A stretch of 48,150 nt of DNA. Origin: Halobacteriales archaeon (GTDB lineage Archaea > Halobacteriota > Halobacteria > Halobacteriales > Hikarchaeaceae). This document shows positions 43,182-48,150 of this stretch, in pieces; position 1 is the first letter of the stretch, and each line of letters starts with the position of its first letter. The notes beneath the pieces were generated by a model. It searched no databases, was not told the origin of the DNA, and was given only the letters and a program-made list of their open reading frames with translations. Location of the stretch: NCBI GenBank assembly GCA_042219105.1, contig JBDGQL010000093.1, forward strand, positions 1 to 48,150, written 5' to 3'. The translations under genes and the position numbers were made by a program.

Positions 43182-44696
43182 ATGCCGTCACGCAACGTTC
43201 TCGTCGTCCTCTGTGACCAGCTCCGCCCGGACTTCCTGTCCGCGTATGGATGTGGGGCGGTTTCCACGCCCAACATCGACCGGCTGGCAGACGCAGGTAT
43301 CGTGTTCGAGAACGCGATCACCCAGTCCACGGTGTGTGCCCCGGCCCGGGCAACGATGATGACGGGCCGGTACGTGTCCGACCACGGGGTCTGGACCAAC
43401 GACGTCCCGTTCCGGGACGGCCTCGAATACCTCCCCGAACGGATGAACGAGGCCGGGTACGCGACCGGGGCGTTCGGGAAACTCCATCACTATCCCTCCC
43501 ACGACGCCAAGGGCTTCCGGGAAACCGACCTGATGGAAGAGGGCCGCCTGGGCGAGTCGGAGCCGTACCTGCAGTGGCTCAGGTCACGACGGCCGGATGT
43601 CGAAGGGATCTGGAACTACGACGACTACACCTTCGCCTTCGACGAGGAGGAGTACCACGAACACTGGATCGCCTCGCGGGCCATCGAGTTCATTGAGCGA
43701 CGCGCCGACGAGGGACCCTTTCTCACGTGGGTCTCCTTCCAGGGGCCACACGCCCCACTCGACCCGCCATCAGCCGTGAAGGGAATGGTCGATGCCGAAC
43801 AGCTTCCGGAGCCCCTCGAACGGCCCGACGACGACCTCGCTCCCGTCGCCCGGTACAGAAAGGCCCGCAGTCCCGGCGCCGAATCTCGCGGGGAGGTGAT
43901 GGCCCGGCGGACCGCGTACGCCGAGATCATCGTCGAAATCGATCGCCAGATCGGCCGGCTCCTCGATCGCCTAGAAGCACTCGACGTCATGGCGGAGACG
44001 ACCGTCATCTTCACCGCCGACCACGGTGACCTGCTGGGGGATTTCGGCCTCGAGGCAAAGGGGCCGTATCCATATCGCGGACAGCTCGACGTCCCGATGA
44101 TCGTCGCCAATCACCCGGAACTACCCTCGGGAGCACGCTCGGATCGGCTCGTCGGCACGATCGACGTTCCGGGAACCTGTCTCGACGTCGCCGGCGTCGA
44201 CGAACGGATCGGCGCCACGCGGTCGGTCATCGAGCAGGTGAACGCGCCGGCCGAACACGCCAGGGACGTCGTCTTCAGCGAGTTCTGTGACTCGATCAAG
44301 ACTGTCTACGACGGGCGGTACCTGTACAGCTACTATCCGTTTTCGGAGCGAAGCGAACTGTACGACCGCAACGAGGATCCCGACGAGACACGGAACCTGG
44401 CAGGGGATCCGGAACACGCACGGACCGAGACGAGGATGCTGAAACACCTGCTCGATTTCGGAACCCTGACCGGCGGCGTCCGCGTCGAGGCACACGACAT
44501 GGTTCCCGACCAGCAGACCGGTCTCCGCGAGAAACACCCCCGGTTCGACCGGGAGTTCGAGGTCGCGTACCCGCTGTCCGCCGCGGACCGGGAGAAACTC
44601 CGGGAGGCCGGGCTCTCGACGGACTACAACGAGTTCTGCCGGGGGGAGGATCCGGTCGCCAACTACGCGGACCCATACTGGGTCGACGACGGGTAG
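43182..44696 (+). CDS. Type I sulfatase (Cys-type), no signal peptide
   Basis: MPSRNVLVVLCDQLRPDF, CAPARATMMTG. Confidence 0.88.
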   Translation: MPSRNVLVVLCDQLRPDFLSAYGCGAVSTPNIDRLADAGIVFENAITQSTVCAPARATMMTGRYVSDHGVWTNDVPFRDGLEYLPERMNEAGYATGAFGKLHHYPSHDAKGFRETDLMEEGRLGESEPYLQWLRSRRPDVEGIWNYDDYTFAFDEEEYHEHWIASRAIEFIERRADEGPFLTWVSFQGPHAPLDPPSAVKGMVDAEQLPEPLERPDDDLAPVARYRKARSPGAESRGEVMARRTAYAEIIVEIDRQIGRLLDRLEALDVMAETTVIFTADHGDLLGDFGLEAKGPYPYRGQLDVPMIVANHPELPSGARSDRLVGTIDVPGTCLDVAGVDERIGATRSVIEQVNAPAEHARDVVFSEFCDSIKTVYDGRYLYSYYPFSERSELYDRNEDPDETRNLAGDPEHARTETRMLKHLLDFGTLTGGVRVEAHDMVPDQQTGLREKHPRFDREFEVAYPLSAADREKLREAGLSTDYNEFCRGEDPVANYADPYWVDDG

Positions 44697-44775
44697 TACG
44701 GGTCGACAGAACTGTTGATAGAATTAGCCCCCACCGTACCCGGCGAATCTCTATCAGGACTTCTGTCGGCCCGTA
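44697..44775 (+). mobile_element. MITE-B copy, 79 bp, first unit of a head-to-tail dimer
   Basis: It begins on the nucleotide after the sulfatase stop TAG (44694-44696). A single TA (44776-44777) separates it from the second unit. Confidence 0.88.
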
Positions 44776-44777
44776 TA

Positions 44778-44856
44778 TACGGGTCGACGGAACTGTTGAT
44801 AGAATTAGCCTCCACCGTACCCGGCGAATATCTATCAGGGCTTCTGTCGACCCGTA
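44778..44856 (+). mobile_element. MITE-B copy, 79 bp, second unit of the dimer
   Basis: It has the same orientation as the first unit and differs from it at a few positions. TA follows at 44857-44858. Confidence 0.88.
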
Positions 44857-44896
44857 TAGCCCCGCGCCACGGACCCGGTCGGTGTCCCGGCCGGAA

Positions 44897-46225
44897 TCAC
44901 ACGTGAACGCGGCCGTGATCGAACTCGAAGGTGAGGACGCTCTCCGCGAAGTCGTAGGACGCCTGCCGTTTGATCGCCCGATCATCGTAGGCGAGGGCGT
45001 TCTCGACGATCGCCTCCTGTAGCTCCCCGATGGGCGCCTCGCCGGGATCCGCCGCCAGATTCTCGCGCTGGTAGGGATCCTCCGCCATGTCGAAGAGATA
45101 CCGGGTTTTGAGGTTCCGCTCGACGGCAAACAGGTACCGTTCGGTTCGCACCGCCCGCCACTCGTTGTCGCCCGCTATACCGCCCTGCAGGTACGTGCTC
45201 GTTGGCCGTGGGCCGTCCTCGCCACGTAACACGCACGAGAGATCCTGACCCTGGGCCGTCTCGGGGATCGGAACGTCACAAAGCGACAGCAACGTCGGCA
45301 GCAGGTCGTTCAGGTTGGCGAACGTCTCGGTTCGTTCTCCGGCGTCGACGGCTCGCGGGTACCGAACCAGCAGCGGGACGTTGCTTGCCTCTTCCAGGGG
45401 AGAGCCCTTGCCGTACTGGCCGTGCGAACCCATGAACTCGCCGTGGTCGGCGGTGAACAGGACGACGGTATCCTCCGTGAGATCGCGGTCGTCGAGCGCG
45501 TCCAAAAGCCGGCCCACCTGATCGTCGAGCGCCGTGATGCACGCGTAGTAGTCGGCAAGGGTTTCTCGGGCTTCGTCGGCGGCCTCGGCGGGCACGTTCG
45601 ACCGGAGATCGAGGTCTTCCGGATCGTACCGGTCGTGGTACTGTTCGGGTGCCTCGAAGGGACTGTGTGGCGGCCCCCAGGAAAGAAACAGAAACCACGG
45701 CAACGAGCGATCTGAATCGAGGAAGTCGAGCGCCAGATCCGTCTGGATCGCCGGCTGATACCCCTCCTCCCACCGTTTTTCCCCGTTCTCGAAGAAGGGG
45801 TGGCCCCTCATGTGGTAGTGCCCGCGATCGAACCCGCGCCAGTACTCGTACCCCCGGCGTCGCTCCGGCGGGACGAACGCCTCGGCCTCGTCGTGGGTCC
45901 CATCGAGGTGCCACTTGCCGATGTACCCCGTCCGGTACCTGGCCTCGTGCATGCACTCCCCGAGCGTGTCGAACTCGGTCGGGAGGGGGATCTGCTTGTA
46001 CGTGTTCCCGATGACGCGGTGTCGGTGCGAGTAACAGCCGGTCTGGATGCTCCCCCGGGCGGGCGAACAGACCGGGTTAGAGGAGTAGGCGTTCTCGAAG
46101 GTCAGTCCCTCGGCCGCGATGCGGTCCAGATTCGGCGTATCGACCTGCGCGTTTCCCATGCATCCGAGCGCCTGGGCGCGATACTGATCCGTCAGCACGA
46201 GCAGGACGTTGGGTCGATCCGACAT
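44897..46225 (-). CDS. Type I sulfatase (Cys-type), no signal peptide
   Basis: MSDRPNVLLVLTDQYRAQALG, CSPARGSIQTG, GKWHL. Confidence 0.9.
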   Translation of the reverse strand: MSDRPNVLLVLTDQYRAQALGCMGNAQVDTPNLDRIAAEGLTFENAYSSNPVCSPARGSIQTGCYSHRHRVIGNTYKQIPLPTEFDTLGECMHEARYRTGYIGKWHLDGTHDEAEAFVPPERRRGYEYWRGFDRGHYHMRGHPFFENGEKRWEEGYQPAIQTDLALDFLDSDRSLPWFLFLSWGPPHSPFEAPEQYHDRYDPEDLDLRSNVPAEAADEARETLADYYACITALDDQVGRLLDALDDRDLTEDTVVLFTADHGEFMGSHGQYGKGSPLEEASNVPLLVRYPRAVDAGERTETFANLNDLLPTLLSLCDVPIPETAQGQDLSCVLRGEDGPRPTSTYLQGGIAGDNEWRAVRTERYLFAVERNLKTRYLFDMAEDPYQRENLAADPGEAPIGELQEAIVENALAYDDRAIKRQASYDFAESVLTFEFDHGRVHV

Positions 46226-46248
46226 GGGGAGCCCTTTTTCACCCGGCG

Positions 46249-46257
46249 AAATAAATT
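46249..46257 (-). promoter_or_regulatory. TATA-like box for the sulfatase gene at 46225
   Basis: Plus-strand AAATAAATT (minus-strand AATTTATTT) is centred about 28 nt upstream of ATG 46225. Confidence 0.45.
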
Positions 46258-46294
46258 CACCGGGCAGGTTCGGGGTCCGACGGCCCCTAGCTGG

Positions 46295-46315
46295 CCGACC
46301 CTATGATAGGGTCGG
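46295..46315. promoter_or_regulatory. Perfect 9-3-9 palindrome, candidate operator
   Basis: CCGACCCTA-TGA-TAGGGTCGG lies about 45 nt upstream of the TATA-like box. The related half-site CCGACCCTATCA repeats at 46378-46389. Confidence 0.35.
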
Positions 46316-46334
46316 TTGTGAGTCATTTTCGGAT

Positions 46335-46358
46335 CGACCGCACGACGGCGTGCGGTCG
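46335..46358. other. Perfect 10-bp-stem hairpin downstream of the sulfatase gene at 46387
   Basis: CGACCGCACG-ACGG-CGTGCGGTCG. No adjacent T-run, so terminator function is unproven. Confidence 0.3.
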
Positions 46359-46386
46359 TCCCGGTACACAGTTCCAGCCGACCCTA

Positions 46387-48030
46387 TCACTCCTCCCCGT
46401 CTTGAACGGTAAAGGAGGCCTCGCTGACGCCGCTGTCCGCAAACCCATACCGGACCGCCTTCGCCCGAACGCGGGTCTCCCCGGTCGGGAGTTCGATCGG
46501 GCCGGTGTAGACGTTCCAGTCGCTCTCGCCCAACCGGTACACGATCGACGCGCCCTCCGTCGTCGAGTGGAGCATGAGTTCGGCCGGCGCCCGGAGCGTC
46601 CCGCCCTCCGGCGAAGGCTCGACGCCGAACTGCGACCGGGTCATCGGAGCGAACAGCGGCTCCCGGGCCGTCGGCTGCTCACCGCTTGGCCAGGACCGTT
46701 CGACCGTCCGGTACTCCGGGTCCAGTCCCCGGTCGTCCGTGCGCTCGAGCCACGCGTCGAGCGCGTCGCGCAACCGGTCGAGCGTCCCGGCGTACTCCGG
46801 ATCGCCGGCGACGTTGTTCACCTCGTGGGGATCGGCGTCCAGGTCGTACAGTTCTTCGGGAGGGCGAGTCTCGCGGAAGAACCACTTCTCGGGACCCTCG
46901 AGATCGCCCTCGAGGTGGAGGCGGTGGAGCTCCTGCCACGCCGGATGGCGGCTCCGGTAGGAGTTCCACCGGAGATACGGCTCCTCGGGGCGGTAGTTGC
47001 GGACGTACTTGTACCGGTCGTCCCTGACCGCCCGGACCGTGTCGTAGAAGTCGTCGTGGCGGTCGCGGGCGGCGTAGACGTACTCGCGTTCCCCATCGCG
47101 GGCGGGTCCGAGAACGGCCCGGCCGTGCATATGCTGGGGCACCGCAAGGCCGGCCAGCGACAGCGTCGTCGGGCCGACATCGACCAGGCTGACGAGTTCG
47201 TCGCTCACCGTCCCGGCGGGCACCTCGCCGGGCAGTCGGACGATCAGGGGGACGCGGATTCCCGAGTCGTAGAGCCAGCGCTTCCCGCGTGGCAACCCCT
47301 CGCCGTGATCGCTGAAAACGAAAACTGCCGTGTCCTCGAGGAGTCCGTCGGCCTCCAGTCGGTCCAAGACGTCGCCGACCTGCTCGTCGGCCCGCTCGAT
47401 GTTGTCGTAGTGGCGGGCCAGCGCACGCCGGGTATCGGGGGCGTCCGGGAGATAGGGCGGCAGATCGACGTCGCCGGGGTCGGTGGCGAGCGACTCCCCA
47501 TCTTCGGGCCACATGCCGCTCTCGTGTGTCTGGGAGGGGTTCACCATCGAGAAGAACGGCTGGCCGGCGTCGCGGCCACGCCAGTCCGCGTCCGGGGTCG
47601 CGTCGTCGAACGCCGATTCCGGGACGCCAAACTGGAAGTCGGCGTGCTGTCCCTCGATGGTGCAGTAATAGCCCGCCCGCCGGAGGTACTCGGCAACGAG
47701 TTTCACGTAGTGGGGTGGCACCGGCGTGTACGGGCCGGGCAGTCCCTCGCTGTCGCGGCTCGTGCGGTGGTGGTGTGATCCGAGCGCGGTCTGGTACATC
47801 CCGGTGTGGAGGGCCGAACGGCTCGGCGAACACACCGGCGACGGGCAAAAGGCGTTCGTGTACCGCCGGCCCTTCGCGGCGATCCGATCGAGGTTCGGAG
47901 AGCGAGCGAGGTCGTCGCCATAACAGCCAAACCGGGGGCTCGCGTCTTCGAGGAGTAGCCAGAGGACGTTCGGACGTCGGGGGGGTGAATCAGTCCGTGA
48001 CACGACCGAGCGACCTCGCGCAGCACACAT
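46387..48030 (-). CDS. Type I sulfatase (Cys-type) with an extra C-terminal domain, no signal peptide
   Basis: 547 aa. Motifs: SPPRRPNVLWLLLED, CSPSRSALHTG. About 90 extra C-terminal residues (APAELMLHSTTEGASIVYRLGESDWNVYTGPIELP...). Confidence 0.88.
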   Translation of the reverse strand: MCAARGRSVVSRTDSPPRRPNVLWLLLEDASPRFGCYGDDLARSPNLDRIAAKGRRYTNAFCPSPVCSPSRSALHTGMYQTALGSHHHRTSRDSEGLPGPYTPVPPHYVKLVAEYLRRAGYYCTIEGQHADFQFGVPESAFDDATPDADWRGRDAGQPFFSMVNPSQTHESGMWPEDGESLATDPGDVDLPPYLPDAPDTRRALARHYDNIERADEQVGDVLDRLEADGLLEDTAVFVFSDHGEGLPRGKRWLYDSGIRVPLIVRLPGEVPAGTVSDELVSLVDVGPTTLSLAGLAVPQHMHGRAVLGPARDGEREYVYAARDRHDDFYDTVRAVRDDRYKYVRNYRPEEPYLRWNSYRSRHPAWQELHRLHLEGDLEGPEKWFFRETRPPEELYDLDADPHEVNNVAGDPEYAGTLDRLRDALDAWLERTDDRGLDPEYRTVERSWPSGEQPTAREPLFAPMTRSQFGVEPSPEGGTLRAPAELMLHSTTEGASIVYRLGESDWNVYTGPIELPTGETRVRAKAVRYGFADSGVSEASFTVQDGEE

Positions 48031-48150
48031 AACTGTTTGCGTGTCGGATGGCGGTACTTACTTATATGATGAATGCATGACTTTATCCGGGGGCCATTCA
48101 CTTGGTTGGCATTAATAGTTTTGGTGAAATGTGATAGTTATCAGATACTT

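Noticed and set aside
58-44856. Whether the recurring elements of about 79 bp could form a CRISPR array.
   Set aside because: The copies are internally palindromic with terminal inverted repeats. They occur in both orientations, are scattered at irregular kb-scale distances, are flanked by 2-bp duplications, and no cas genes are present.

Overview
The window is GC-rich, its proteins are strongly acidic, and most genes start about 27 nt downstream of an AT-rich TATA-like box, which suggests leaderless transcripts. From this I infer a haloarchaeal (Halobacteria-type) chromosome or megaplasmid segment. I support 36 protein genes, one short upstream ORF and one pseudogene split by a MITE. I saw no rRNA, tRNA or CRISPR. 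There are two main themes. (1) Sulfatase-centred catabolic island: eleven type I sulfatases carry Cys-type C-x-P-x-R motifs and none has a signal peptide. Interleaved with them are sugar and sugar-acid enzymes: three Gfo/Idh/MocA oxidoreductases, two xylose-isomerase-like TIM barrels, an enolase-superfamily dehydratase, a FAH-family hydrolase, lactonases, a mutarotase-like protein, a DUF6807/PmoA-like protein, a DUF1537 kinase plus PdxA-type dehydrogenase, a LigM-like GcvT-family protein, and a CoA-transferase plus crotonase. The window has no recognisable glycoside hydrolase, transporter, regulator or formylglycine maturase. (2) Very dense palindromic MITEs: there are about 21 full-length and 7 partial copies in related families that I call A to F. 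Most copies are exactly 79 bp with a 2-bp target duplication, so each insertion adds 81 bp (27 codons), and 4 of the 6 reading frames are stop-free. One copy sits in-frame inside a metallo-beta-lactamase-fold gene. One splits an amidohydrolase gene. One landed in a stop codon. One sits in-frame in a short upstream ORF. One is nested inside another MITE, and an intact empty site elsewhere in the window shows the TA duplication. One is itself split by a 1500-bp IS4-family insertion sequence. All family calls come from motifs read by eye, with no database search.
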